Assembly (NCBI RefSeq): GCF_018350175.1
Contig: NC_058373.1
Location: 110,424,001 to 110,488,000 of the forward strand
Direction of reading: 5' to 3'
Source: Felis catus
Taxonomy: Eukaryota
Length of the DNA: 64,000 nt
Part shown: positions 1 through 12,749 of the stretch, piece after piece
Layout of the letters: the number at the start of each line of letters is the position of its first letter
Numbering within the stretch: the stretch's first letter is position 1
Translations under genes and position numbers: made by a program
The notes under the pieces: model-generated
Seen by the model: the letters and a program-made list of their open reading frames with translations, nothing else
The model's database searches: none
Told to the model about the DNA's origin: nothing

Positions 1-2299
1 TATTTCTCATGTCTCCTTGGCCAAACTGGTTGATAGTCACATCTCTAAACCGATCACTGGCTAGGAGAAAGGGCCTTACCAGGATTTATCTCTTCTCTAA
101 GCACAGGACTGCAAAGAATGAGTGGAACCCCAAAAATATGGAGGCCTAGTGGAAAAAAAAAAAAGAGGGAAATGGCTGTTGGGTAAGGAACCAAATGTAC
201 TTCAGACATCACGGCTGCCTAGAATTCCTGTATTTGCATGCAGCATGATAAAGCATAGAGAAACCTCAGTAAGTCTGTGTCTAGCCTAGAACTGTTATGG
301 GGGATGCCTGGCTGGCTCAGTTGGAAAAGAATTCGACTTGATCTTAGGGTTGTGAGTTTGAACCACACATTGGGTGTAGAGATTACTAAAAAATAAACTT
401 TAAAAAAAAAAAAAAGCTGTTACGGAAAACCCACTGCAACCCTAAAGAAACAAACAAACAAAAAAAGTCAATAAGATGTTCCAAGATGAAAAATTAGCAT
501 CATGTGCATTGCAATAGTATATAATGCACAATTATCTCATACACAAGTATAAATACCCTTTTCTAAAGCAAAATTATGTAAGAGTGCAACTTGCTTTTTT
601 CAAGAGATCCTGGAACTTTTACACACAGCACTTCCACTTGCTTTAGCGGCTAAACAAATCAGTATTACATCTTTCCATCTTGCTTCTGTCCTTAACAGGC
701 TTATGCAACAAAAATGGCATATTGATTTCAAAATTTCATTTACAGCGGGTTGAAAATACTTAACAATTCAATCTGTCTGACCTACTCCTACATCCATGTT
801 CCTGGTCATTCTCTGTCAATTACCTAATACACCTTTCCCTGCAAAATGAAGCCATTTTTTTTTATTAGATTTTTGCCACAGTTCTCCAACATCATTTCAA
901 CTTGCAGCTGTTCTTAGGAGATTGGAGGATACTAAAATTACAAAGAAAGGATATTGACTTAGGGATTGATTTTAAAATAACTGTGAAGCACTATGGGCTT
1001 AGAGGATGTTGAAGGATACTAAAGGAAATTATATTAAAATGCATTAAGAGGATAACTTAATATTACTTTGTAAAGCTCTAACTTAAATTCATATTTGGGC
1101 CTCTTGACATTTCATAAGCCAATGTGTGATTCCCAGTAAAATCCCAGAACGATGATTTTGCTTCACAATTTAAAAGCCTACATTCCCCCCCTTAGCTTTA
1201 CTCACCATTGCACAAGGATCACTGAGTCAATGATGATTAACACTGGAGATGTCAAGAAGTCTCACACCTGTGCTGTGAAACACCTAATAATCCTTGGTGT
1301 AGGCCAATGCATTGTTTATGAAAACCGCTATAAAGCAATGTGAATAACAGGGGGAAACTGATTAACAAAATTAAAACAGGCAGAATAGTCATATTTTTTC
1401 ATAGAAGTGTGTGTGTAATATGGTCTCTCCCTCTGGCTAAATGGAAAGGATTTTAAAACATAAACTCACAATCTCAGACCATTTATTTCAGATTACTGGG
1501 CCAATCAATTTAACTGTGAGAGACGGATTTGACATTCTTGTCAGAAAGAACTGAAAGTATAATTTAACGATTAAAGTTATTTGAATGCACATTTATGTTC
1601 CTTCCTGGCAATGTTTCTCTTCTACTTATACATTTGTCCATGGAATCAAATCCAGGTTTGAAACACCTATAATTATCCTATAGCAGATCTGTCTGTAAAC
1701 TGCCTTCGAAGAATTAAACTACCATATTTTATTTGTCAAATAAACTTTTATTTATAAATACTCACAAATATAAATGAGGGCAAATCTGTTGCTATAATAG
1801 AAGTAGTCTGCTCTAAATCAATCTTAAAATATTTCCACATATTCAGAAGTTGTATTCACCAAGCATCTCAGGCCACTGAATATAAGTAAGACTTGCCAAA
1901 TGGACAACAATGGTCTTACAGTAATAGGCATGAAATTATTTTATCTTGTCAAAAAAATGATTTGGACGCAATACCTTAGCAAGACATAAGCCACACACTA
2001 ACATCAAAAACTAAAGATGGGGGCTTACACTCTTACACTCTAGGAATATAGAGTAGATCAACTTTGCCTTATTCCTCCTGCTACTTAAGTACCATAAAAA
2101 CCCTGACACTGTATATAAAACAAACATAAGACTGAAAGGTGGAAAGAAGAAAGCAGACCAGCCAGGGATCTGAGCAACAACACGGTGGCCCAGTTGCCTG
2201 GATTTTCTTTGACGCCTCAGATGTCCCAGACTTGCAGCAAATGAAGTCAGCTGGCCAGAGATGCAACATCTAAAAAAATAGAAAGGGAATATTACCAGC

Positions 2300-2582
2300 T
2301 TGGTTCATTTGAGCTGCTATAACAAAATACCACAGACTGGGTAACGACATAAATTTATTTCTTACAGTTGTGGAGGCTGGGAGGTCCCGGCAGTGTCCTC
2401 ACATGGTGGAAGAGGGCAGTGGATGCTTCTAGAGCTTCTTATCCGGGTACTATCCTCATTCACGAAACTTTTTCTGTCACAACCCAATCGCCTCCCAAAG
2501 ACACCACATCTCAATGCCATTCCATTGGGCATTAGGGTTTCAACATATGATTTGGGGGGATATGCAAACATTCAGATGACAG
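2300..2582. mobile_element. MaLR (MLT1A-like) LTR
   Basis: gctgctataacaaaataccacagactggg...attagggtttcaacatatga motifs; a related copy lies at 15867-16208. Confidence 0.8.
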
Positions 2583-2589
2583 CAATTAC

Positions 2590-3760
2590 AAACAACTCCA
2601 CACATATGAACTTGACAACTTGGATTAGATGGACCAATTCCTTGAAAAACAAAAACTACCACAACTCATCTAACATTAATTAGATATTCTTAGTGTCCCT
2701 ACCGCTGTTAAAGAAATTAAACTTATAGTTAACACCCCTCCCAAATCTACAGGTCCAGATGACTTTACTGGAGAATTCTACCAAACACTTAAAGAAGAGT
2801 TAACAACAATTCTACATACAATATCTTCCAAAAAACAGAAAGGAGGGTATACTTCCCAATTCATTTTTTTGGTATTTTTCAATTTTAACTTCCTAAGTTT
2901 GATATGAACCTGACATATACCATTGTTTTGGTGTACAACACAATGATTTGACTCAATTCATTTTATGATGCTAGTATTACCTGGACACCAAAACCAGACA
3001 AAGACAATATGAAAAATAATAATAATAACTACAAATCAATGAACGTACTTCATGAATATATGCAAACATTGTTGACAAAATTAGCAAATCAAATTCAGCA
3101 ATATATAAAAGAATTACATACATGACCAAGTGGGCTCAATTTCAGGAATACAAGACTGAAATTCAAAAATCAGCGTTACCTACTGTATTAACAGGCTAGA
3201 AAAGAAAAATCATATGATTACATCAAAATGTAAAGAAAATGCTTTTGACAAAATTCAACACCCACTCACGATAAAAATTTCCAAAAATAGGAATACGAGG
3301 AAACGTCTTCAATTTGGTTTAAAAAAATATCAAATATAGGGGCGCCTGAGTGGCGCAGTGGTTAAAGCGTCTGACTTTAGCCAGGTCACGATCTCGCGGT
3401 CCGTGAGTTCGAGCCCCGCGTCAGGCTCTGGGCTGATGGCTCGGAGCCTGGAGCCTGTTTCCGATTCTGTGTCTCCCTCTCTCTCTGCCCCTCCCCCGTT
3501 CATGCTCTGTCTCTCTCTCTGTCCCAAAAATAAATAAATAAAAACGTTGAAAAAAATTAAAAAAAAATCAAATATCTACATCTAACATTATATTTAATGG
3601 TTAAAAACTAAGCCGCTTTTCCTCGAAGATTGGGTAGAGGATGTCTATGCTCATCATTCTTATTCAACACAGTGCTGAAAAACCTAGACAGTGCAACAAG
3701 TCAAAAAAAGGAAATAAAATGAATACATATTGCAAAGGAAGAAATAAAACTTTGTGCCCA
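2590..3760 (+). mobile_element. L1 ORF2 fragment (with SINE at 3338-3570)
   Basis: Typical motifs ggtccagatgactttactggagaattctaccaaaca and gcttttgacaaaattcaacaccca. Confidence 0.88.
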
Positions 3761-3839
3761 AAAAATTTCCAAAAAGAGATATTTGAGATGACTCTTGAAA
3801 GGAGGATTCATTTATTCAACAACCAACAAATTGACCACA

Positions 3840-4450
3840 GTGCAGGTCTTGTCATTCATTCATTCATTCATTCCACAAATTCATTTAAATATCTTGAATA
3901 TATTTGTTAAGTATCTACTAAATTCCAAATATTGTTCTAGCTGTAAGGATTCAGCAGTGAGCAAAATAGATTAAGTCTATCCTTACAGAATTTCTATTTA
4001 GCAGAGGGTAATGATGGGACAGAAAATAAATGAAATCTATAAATCACATAATACACATTTGACAGAATAAGTACTACGGAGAAAAATAGAAGAGGGAAGG
4101 GGGAGAATGAGTACAGGGAAAGGGAGGGAGGTGCTGCAGTTTCAAAGAGACAGGTCAGAAAAGGCCTCACCGAGAAAGTGACACTTGAGCAAATACTTTA
4201 AAAAGCTGATGACTGTGAACCATGCTGGTATCTGGAGGGAGTGCCCTAGGAAGGGGGAACAGCAAATGCAAAGACCTGATGTCTCTGTGACATCACAAAG
4301 CTTGTGGCTTGTGAATGGTGTCTTGGAAAAACAGTCTGACTAGAATGAGAGAGAGAAAGCACTGGAGATGAGATCCCAGGAAATAGAAACTCTAGTGTGT
4401 AAGACCTTGTAGGCCACTCTGAGGCCGTTGTGAGGACTTTGGATAAAATT
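3840..4450 (-). mobile_element. L2 3'-end remnant (other L2/MIR pieces at ~17140-18250, 38300-38540, 39900-40400)
   Basis: (cattcatt)n tail followed by aaaggcctcaccgagaaagtgacacttgagc. Confidence 0.7.
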
Positions 4451-5833
4451 TCCACAGGACTGAGAACAATCTAGATAGAAGGAAAGGCAAGAACAAAGAT
4501 GAAGAAGCAAGGGTGAGGTGGAACTTTTGAGGAACACAGAAACTCTTCCCAGGATCATAGAGTATCTAAAGGAATAAGGGAGATAAAGAAGGGTAGGAAA
4601 CATAATATGAAAGGCCTGGCCATAACACGAAAGCATTGGAACTTGATTCATGAAGCAGTGGGCAGCCATGAGATGCACGAGTGAAAACACTGAAATTGTA
4701 CTTTACAACAATTAGAACGGTCGGAAAAATAGAGTCTGGCAGCTAGTAAATGCAGAGCAAATACTGTAACTTTAAATACCAGTATTTTGCCTCTCCTAAT
4801 GAAATAAGTCAGGCAAAGATCATCAATGATGAGAAAGTGGAAAGTTGATGGGAAACTGGACAAGCTCACAGTAACGTAATAGTGATTATAAAACATCGTG
4901 TAAATAACGACCTCAATAATGTGAAAGTGTACATGACAGAAGTTGGGAAGTAGAATGGGGGAAGAGAGCTAAAGGGCAGGGCAAGGAAAGTAAGACCCTC
5001 ATTTCACTAACCCGAAGATCAAGAGACATCATAGATAGTTGACAGAACAAAAAAAAAGTGTACATTAATTTAAGTCACAAATGATAATTAATGGAGGAAC
5101 TAAAAATAATATAACTTTACTGGGAAGATGGGGGAAAGGAGAGGAAGGACTAGTGTGTTATCTAGATCTCCTGCCATAGCTAGAAGGGATCATTCCTAAA
5201 GTTGGTTTCAAAGAGGGAGAAGCTCTTTCTTGCAGTAGAGTGCCAGCATATAGAGGTACTGATGGAGTCAGGAAATCCCCATTTTATAACCATCATAATA
5301 AAATTTCTTTCAGGAAAAATCATCTACGGATGCTACACACATGGGGTCGAGGCCAAGTCTGATAAGAAACAGAATATTTAATCACTATCAAAGTTTCTCT
5401 TCATAACGTGTGCATTAGTTGCAAAAGGAAAACCAATTATACCCTGGAGGAATAGAAGAACATGTTAAGCAAGTGATCAAAGTAAGGAGCAAACAGGGGT
5501 GTGTGGATGGCTCAGCTGGAAGAGCACGCGGCTCTTGATCCAGTCAAGGTTGTGAGTTCAAGCCCCATGTTGGGTCTAGAGTTTACTTAAAAAAAAAAAG
5601 ATTTAAAAAAAAAAGGTGGGGGGCAAATAGGTATGTGCCTCTGGATATGATAAGTTGAGAAGGCCCAAACATCATTCACATTGTATTTCTCTCAAAAAAT
5701 TCATAACCTGGGGGTGACTGGGTGGCTCAGTCAGATAAGCATCTAACTCTTTATTTCAGCTCAGGTCTTGATCCCAGGTTCATGGGATGGAGCTCCGTAT
5801 TGGGCTCTGTGCTGATCATGGAGCCTGCTTAAG

Positions 5834-5881
<48 letters not shown>

Positions 5882-8080
5882 CCTCCCTCCCTCCCTCCCT
5901 CCTTCTCCCTCTGCCCTTCTCTCCCACTTGCACACACTCTCTCTAAAAAAGACTTTTTTTTTTCATTCATAACCTGAATCTCATCATGAGGATACAATAT
6001 CAGACAAACCCGAATGAGAGACATTCTAAAAAACAACTGGCCTTTGTTTTTCACAAGTTTTAGTATCTTTAAAGACAAATGAGAGACTGAGAAGTTATTA
6101 TAGATGGAAACTAGACATGGAAACTAAATGCAATTCATGATGCTGGACTGGATCTTGTACCAGAAACAAAATAATGCCATAAAACCCATTACTGGGACAA
6201 CTGACAAAATTGGAATATAGAATATGGAGTCAATATAGAATTTATTGAATCGTTGCTGGTCCTGTCAAGATGAAATAAGCACATGCCACCCTATTAGTCC
6301 TCCTGCTAATAATGAAACAAACAAACAAATAAACCTCGACAACATCCATAGCGCAACTGACAGAAGGCATAAAGGTGAAGAAAAGAAGACAAACTGGCTA
6401 TCTACCTTGGGTGTTGAGTTCCCTGGGATGTTGTCTGTCTCCAGTATATCCAGGCCTGGGCACAGGAGAGCTCCCTAATCCAGAAACACCAATGGGCACA
6501 GACCAAAATGCTCCAAGAAAAGCCCACATTCTGTAGCCACAGGACCAGGAAAAAGAGCTTCCCAGAAGAACAGTGTTTGACCAAATCTACCCCACTCGAG
6601 GCAAACATCTCAAAAAGTCTACTCCCCTCCTGCTCCCCTTTTGCTTCCACTGTCAGACCCTGCCCCTTTCCCTAACACTTCATTGAGAACCTGGGCTGCA
6701 TCCTAGATAAAGCAGCTCTACTTTGGGTCAACCAAGCTGAATTTGGGGAGGATCTTTGGGCAAAAACTCCAGCTTTTACAAGGTCTCTGCCCTCTTTTCT
6801 GTCATCTTTCTTCTATAAGGCAATCAAAGCTCTTTTTGTTTGGGCTAGACAAATGCCCTCAGGGCAAAGTAGCTTAAAAATGGCTTTCTGCTAGAATGCC
6901 TGACCAGATTTTCCCTTCATTTTTGAATCTATTCCTTAATCCTTTGTCAACTCTTAGGTAAAATAGTAAAAATTTCTCCTTAAAAGCATCAATCTTTCAT
7001 TATTTAGATCTTTTTAACAAAAGAGCCTGTAGAATAACCCAGACTGCCATTATTATAAACAGGAAGTCTACTTTTTAAAAACTTTGTTTTGAAGAATATC
7101 AGATAAAGAAAAACAAACAAATCATAACTGTACAGCTGGATAGAGGTTCACAAGAAATCTATACTCCTATAACTAGTATCTGAAACAATTATCAGTAGCT
7201 CAAGGGTTCTTTTCTTCACCACCTTTATTACCTCCTGCAAAGGGAACAAGTGTCTTGACTTCTAACTCTGTAGTTTAGGTTTGCCATTTTTTTTAGCTTT
7301 ATAAATGGAATCATAACGTTTTGAGACTTCTTTTGCCAATTATTTTATTTGCCATTACATCATATATTATTTATTATTATAGTTGTAAGACTCATCCATT
7401 TGGATGTGAAACAATAGTTCATTCATTCTCATCGCTGTAGAGTATCCCGTTGAATGAATAAGCCACAATTTATCCATTCTACTGTTGATGGAGAAGAACC
7501 ACTGAGTCAGTCACAGGGTATGCATATATTTGGTTTTAGGAGTACTTCCAAACATATTTTCAAACTTGTACAAATTTAACCTCTTACCAGCAATGTAGGA
7601 GAATCCTAGCTCTTTGTCTACCCTTGACCAATTATTTTTAACCACCTGTGAAACCCTCAGTTACAAACAAACAAAATAGTATCTTCTTTTTTTTTTTTTA
7701 ATTTTTTTTTTCAACGTTTATTTATTTTTGGGACAGAGAGAGACAGAGCATGAACGGGGGAGGGGCAGAGAGAGAGGGAGACACAGAATCGGAAACAGGC
7801 TCCAGGCTCTGAGCCATCAGCCCAGAGCCTGACGCGGGGCTCGAACTCACAGACAGCGAGATCGTGACCTGGCTGAAGTCGGACGCTTAACCGACTGCGC
7901 CACCCAGGCGCCCCACAAAATAGTATCTTCTGTTTGCACCCCACAACATCCAGGATCTCATGTCCCATTTTTAAACTCTGGGCTCTGAGTTAGCAAGTTC
8001 AGTTTCTGAACTTCTGTCAGGTAAAAATGGGAAATTTCCCATTAAAAATGGGAAGTTTTCCAAGAGAATTGAGAGTAGGG

Positions 8081-8468
8081 TGAAAAAGTGTCAAAGCAAC
8101 CAGATTAGGCCCAACATAGAGCTAAGACTCATGTCAGTAACCCAAAATTTAACTACATTTCTATGCTTGGTTCTCCCAGAAAAGGAAGGCCTCGGCAAGT
8201 AATCTGTGTTTCCCTGTTCAACACAAGTTCCCCAACCTGGCTCTGAGACTTCCCTTTGCTCCATGTAAGGAAAGTAACCTTGCAGTAACCAATCTGTTTC
8301 TACCTAGTATGACTTCCCTATGTCTGCTTCCTTGTGCCTGTGAAAGTCTCTCATTTTATACAGCTTCTGGGAGACCTTTTCTATCTGGTAGATTGGATGC
8401 TGCCCGATTCAGGAATTGCTGAATAAAAGCCAGAAGATCAGTAAATTATGGACATTTTTCTTTTAACA
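8081..8468 (+). mobile_element. Older ERV1-like solo LTR
   Basis: TG...TTTTAACA, CCAAT-like motif and GAATAAAAG signal in LTR order; 5' boundary approximate. Confidence 0.6.
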
Positions 8469-9349
8469 GGAGGGTAAGGGGTTTTAGAATGTGAGAAATA
8501 TAGTGAGTAAAAAAATGGAAGTTATTACTGTGAATTATGGATATCGGATTTCTTTGTTGCTTGATTGGAATTACTATCAACTGTGGTGTCTAAATGGGGT
8601 GTCTCTAGATCAGCCAATCCCGTGGAAGCTGGTGGGGCACAGGCTGCAGGAGGTGAAAGAATTCTAGTGAGGCAGAACAAAAGAGATAGAAATTTGGGAG
8701 TGGCAGGCAGGACAGCAGAGGAGAGACTGTCGGCCATGGGGCAGTGGGTGGGGGCTGCTTTCAAGGGGGAAGCTGAGGATGGTGATGTATGGAATTTTTT
8801 TTTGGTAACTGTGCTGAGTTGTAAATAGCCCATTGGTTAGTTAGGGCCTATGGATATTTTGAGGTGGGTCACCTTATGGGCCTGTCTGTATTCCATTGCT
8901 CAAACCTTTTAACCACCTGTTTGTCTCAAAGCAGCCTCTACATCAACTACTTTTGGTTATTGAATTATTCCTTTATAACTGGAACCCCACACATATTGAA
9001 TCATGTAGAGCTTTACTTCACATAAACATAAACCAGAGTTTTACTTTACATAAATCAGCTAGGAGAGTTAATTGAAGGTATTTGAATAACACTTCCACTA
9101 ATTTCCTTGACAATATCCCTCCCTGCCCCTCCAACCCCAGGCTTTGATAAAACCTACTCTTAAGAATTCTTACCAAATGACCACTCTCCAATTCTTTATT
9201 CAAGGAAGATTTGGGGACCTTGTTCACACGCTTCTATACCAAATTCATGCCATAATCCTGGATTTCAATAGCCACAGTACATGGCTCATCCAACAGGATA
9301 GCTTTGTGATTAGGGTATCTATTTAATTCCAGTGACCTTCACCTAGATT

Positions 9350-9897
9350 CAGTGATGTGTTGTCGAAGCCAGTTCATTCCAGCTCTTGAGAGCTGATTGT
9401 TCACATCTCTTTCTAGTTCTGCACTCAGTAACATGTTGGTAACTTGAAATCACCTTGGTGGCAGTATTTACATGATTAAAATCAACAAATGCTACAAATC
9501 AGGGATTTTTTTAATTTTTGAGGACCAGGTTACCAGTAATTGTTAGGATGTCCTTGGAACCACAGTAGAGGGGACGGCCATCTTGCCAGCGCAACCCAAC
9601 GAAAAGCCCCTAGTAGTGTGCCAGAACGAATTGGAGGTCGACCAATCACCGAGCGACGGCACGACCTGACACAAAAAAGGCCCACCCAGACCTAAACCCG
9701 GAACTGCTGCAGCTTAAAAACCCCATCCCCACCACACCTGGGGGCGACTTCCCTGACTCCCCTCTCTCTCTCTCCCTGAGTCACAGAACCTCGCCCGAGA
9801 CCTTAGTTCCCAAATAAAGCCTTTGACTGCTAAAATTTTTTAGCCTCTGACTCCTATCTTTACCCTGCCTTACGCCTGACCCTAACAGTAATGACTG
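9350..9897. mobile_element. MER63-like hAT element, split by the 9541-9887 LTR
   Basis: cagtgatgtg..gagagctgattgt..aaatgctacaaatcaggg; the terminus ACCAGTAATGACTG is restored when the LTR and one TSD copy are removed. Confidence 0.65.
9541..9887 (+). mobile_element. Young solo ERV LTR (347 bp)
   Basis: TGTTAGG...CCTAACA inverted ends, perfect 5-bp TSD GTAAT, AATAAA at ~9813, retained CpGs. Confidence 0.9.
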
Positions 9898-11401
9898 CCT
9901 CTATCTCACTTCAACTTCTCGCATGTTCATAAACAACCCGGGACTTGGTCATCAGCCGGAATGGTCCCACACCAGAAATATAAAACTAGAATATTTCATT
10001 CTTTAACCACCACCTCAACTCTCAGCTCCCACAGCCCTATTCCCCTATACCTTCTCTTCAACGTCACACTAGACCTTCAGGCTCTACTTGCGTATTGTCT
10101 ATACATCACAGAGGCAGAAAGGCTTCCAGTTGACCATGCGGTACTGCTTCCTTTGATCCTTCATTGAGAAACCAAACTACTCAACATTTATCAATTATCT
10201 CCTGGAGTAATGCAAGGTTAATAACAATCCTATTTCTTCAAAAATCAATCAAAATTTGTTTTTACCTTCATCATGAAATGTTCGTGGTATCTTCTCTTCT
10301 TTATTTTATTTAATTAAGTAAGCTATACACAGCCAGCATGAGGCCTGAACTCATGACCTCGAGATCAAAAGTAGCATGCTAGGGGTACCTGAGTGGCTCA
10401 GTCAGTTGAGCATCTGACTTCAGCTCAGGTCATGATCTCGTGGTTTGTGGGTCCGAGCCCCATGTCACACTCTGTGTTGACAGCTGAGAGCCTGGAGCCT
10501 GCTTCAGATTCTGTGTCTTCCTCTCTGCCCCTCCCCCATTTGCACTCTGTCTGTCTCTTTCTCTCTCTCTCTCTCAAAATAAATAAACATTTTAAGAGAA
10601 TTTAAAAAAAAGTAGTATGCTCTACCAACTGAGTCAGCCAAGGGCCCCTCTTTTCTCTCTCTCTCTTTTAAATACCTGTTATCTTTGTTTTTAATCAAAA
10701 AGGTAAATCAAACAATCAGGCAACACCATTCAGGAGGTTCTGAGTAACAATTCTGGCAGGAAATTATATACAAATACATGTCCTTATAATCTGAAAATGA
10801 TATGTGTATTTGCAGGAATAAATGGAGGAGGACTAGTGTATTGGTTTCCTGTCACTGCTGTAACAAATTACCACAAACTCAGTTGCTTAAAATGACATAA
10901 ATTTATTATCTTACAGTTATATAGGTTAGAGGTCCTATACAAGTCTACCAAACTAAAATCAAGGTGTCGACACAGATGCATTCCCTCTAGAGGTTCTAGA
11001 GGAGAATTTATTTTCTTGCCTTTTCCAGCTTCTACAGGCTGCAATGGGATCTTCTCTTCGTATTCATATAGGGGGTGAATCTGTTCATATCTGCCAACAG
11101 ATCTAAAGTGGTTTCTGCCTTTTCTCTTTCAGATGTGCCCTGTATCAACAGACAATTGATCAATTAACTTTCGAATGTCACTTAAAAAGAAACATAATAC
11201 AAAAATAACAAAAAGAAATATAGAGACAGGAAATGGATTTATAATAATAAAAAAATAACAAAAAGAAATATATAGAGAGACAGACAGACAATGGATTTCT
11301 AATGAAAATAGCTGTTCAGTCATACAAATATTCCCATGAGGAATGCCATTTCAGAAAACATCCCCTCAAGGGAACATTTGGGAGAAGCATCTGCTTAAAT
11401 A

Positions 11402-12427
11402 CGATAAATCCTTGGATTGCGAATAACTTGTTTTGTGAGTGTCCCACAAGATGAGCAAATATTTCTCATAAATTTTAACTTGATAAACGAGCGATGTCTT
11501 GCAATACGAGTAGTACATGATGCTGCTGTACATCACATAATCACAACTGAGCCAACAGTTTTCTCTCTCTCTCACTGTGGGTCTCAGGCCCCAGTGATTT
11601 TTCAGAACGTTGGAAGGTGTCCACAACTGACACTACTGTATTTTTTGTCACTTCAAAGCGCCTATGGACAGTCCTTTGCTTTTCCATACAAGAGTAAGCT
11701 TGGGAATGCTTTCCTTCACTCTAGGTGAGGCGGCCTGCAGATACAGACCCTTTCCTCTCCTGCCTTATTTCCAGTTACATTAAATACAGTATATGACAAG
11801 AGTTTAATACTGTACTATAGTCAACATTTGTATGAACGTGTACAATGGCCCCCATGTAGAAAAAGATTCCATTGAGCCAATACATAGCAGTGATTCCGTT
11901 AGAGATAGTGAAAGTTGTCCTACACAATAACCCTCCTCTCTCTTGTCTCCCTCACCCCAGTCACAAAGATTTTCAAAGGTAAGTAGAGGTTAATTAATTT
12001 TCTTTATATTTTGCATTTTCTTTATTATTTTGTATCATATTACAGTATTGTAATCAATTATATATGAATATTTTGGGGTTGTGGAATGAATCATCTGAGT
12101 TTCCATCATTTCTTATGGGGAAATCCACTTTGATATATAAGTGCTTTGGATTACAAGCATGTTTTTTTTTTTTTCTAATGTTTATTTATTTTTGAGACAG
12201 AGAGAGACAGAGCATGAATGGGGGAGGGTCAGAGAGAGGGAGACACAGAATCTGAAACGGGATCCAGGCTCTGAGCTGTCAGCACAGAGCCTGACACGGG
12301 GCTCGCACTCACGAACCGCGAGATCATGACGTGAGCCGAAGTCGGTCGCTTAACCGACTGAGCCACCCAGGCGCCCCTCAAGCATGTTTTTAGAATGAAT
12401 TATGCTTGCAAACCAAGGTCTTACTGT
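11402..12427. mobile_element. Tigger-like DNA transposon remnant with an inserted SINE (12162-12377)
   Basis: Imperfect TIRs TA|CGATAAATCCTTGGATTGCGA and TGCAAACCAAGGTCTTACTG|TA; SINE TSD CAAGCATGTTTTT. Confidence 0.65.
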
Positions 12428-12749
12428 ACTAATATAATACTGTGATGGTCCGGACATTACACATGGGCTAAAGTACTTCTACCACAACAATTCCCAAAAG
12501 GGGATTCATTAATTGGATTTGAAGGAGAAAGGAATTGAAAATAACTATACTGCAATAGAAAATGCCATTTGTAAAAACTTGCTTTGTCATCATACGCATA
12601 AAGAGCTTAGATACACAGCTAATTATGCTCACATGTTGCTTTGAATACCAGTTGCTAGGGAATGGTAACATCTCCCTATTCTAAACCTAATTTACAGTTT
12701 CAGTCCTGTTTCCATATTTTCTGTCTTTGTGTCTTAGAAGCACAGCCAC

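Noticed and set aside
300..415. tRNA-like sequences (also ~5497, 50010, 59783)
   Set aside because: Short A-tailed, degenerate tRNA-derived SINE variants without an intact cloverleaf.
1229..1361. Possible C/D snoRNA (ATGATGA...CTGA)
   Set aside because: Weak terminal stem, no recognisable rRNA guide, and on the strand opposite the inferred host transcript.
2081..2269. ORF starting right after a strong minus-strand acceptor
   Set aside because: The sequence resembles an old L1 5' fragment (related piece at ~6300-6480) and has no convincing donor.
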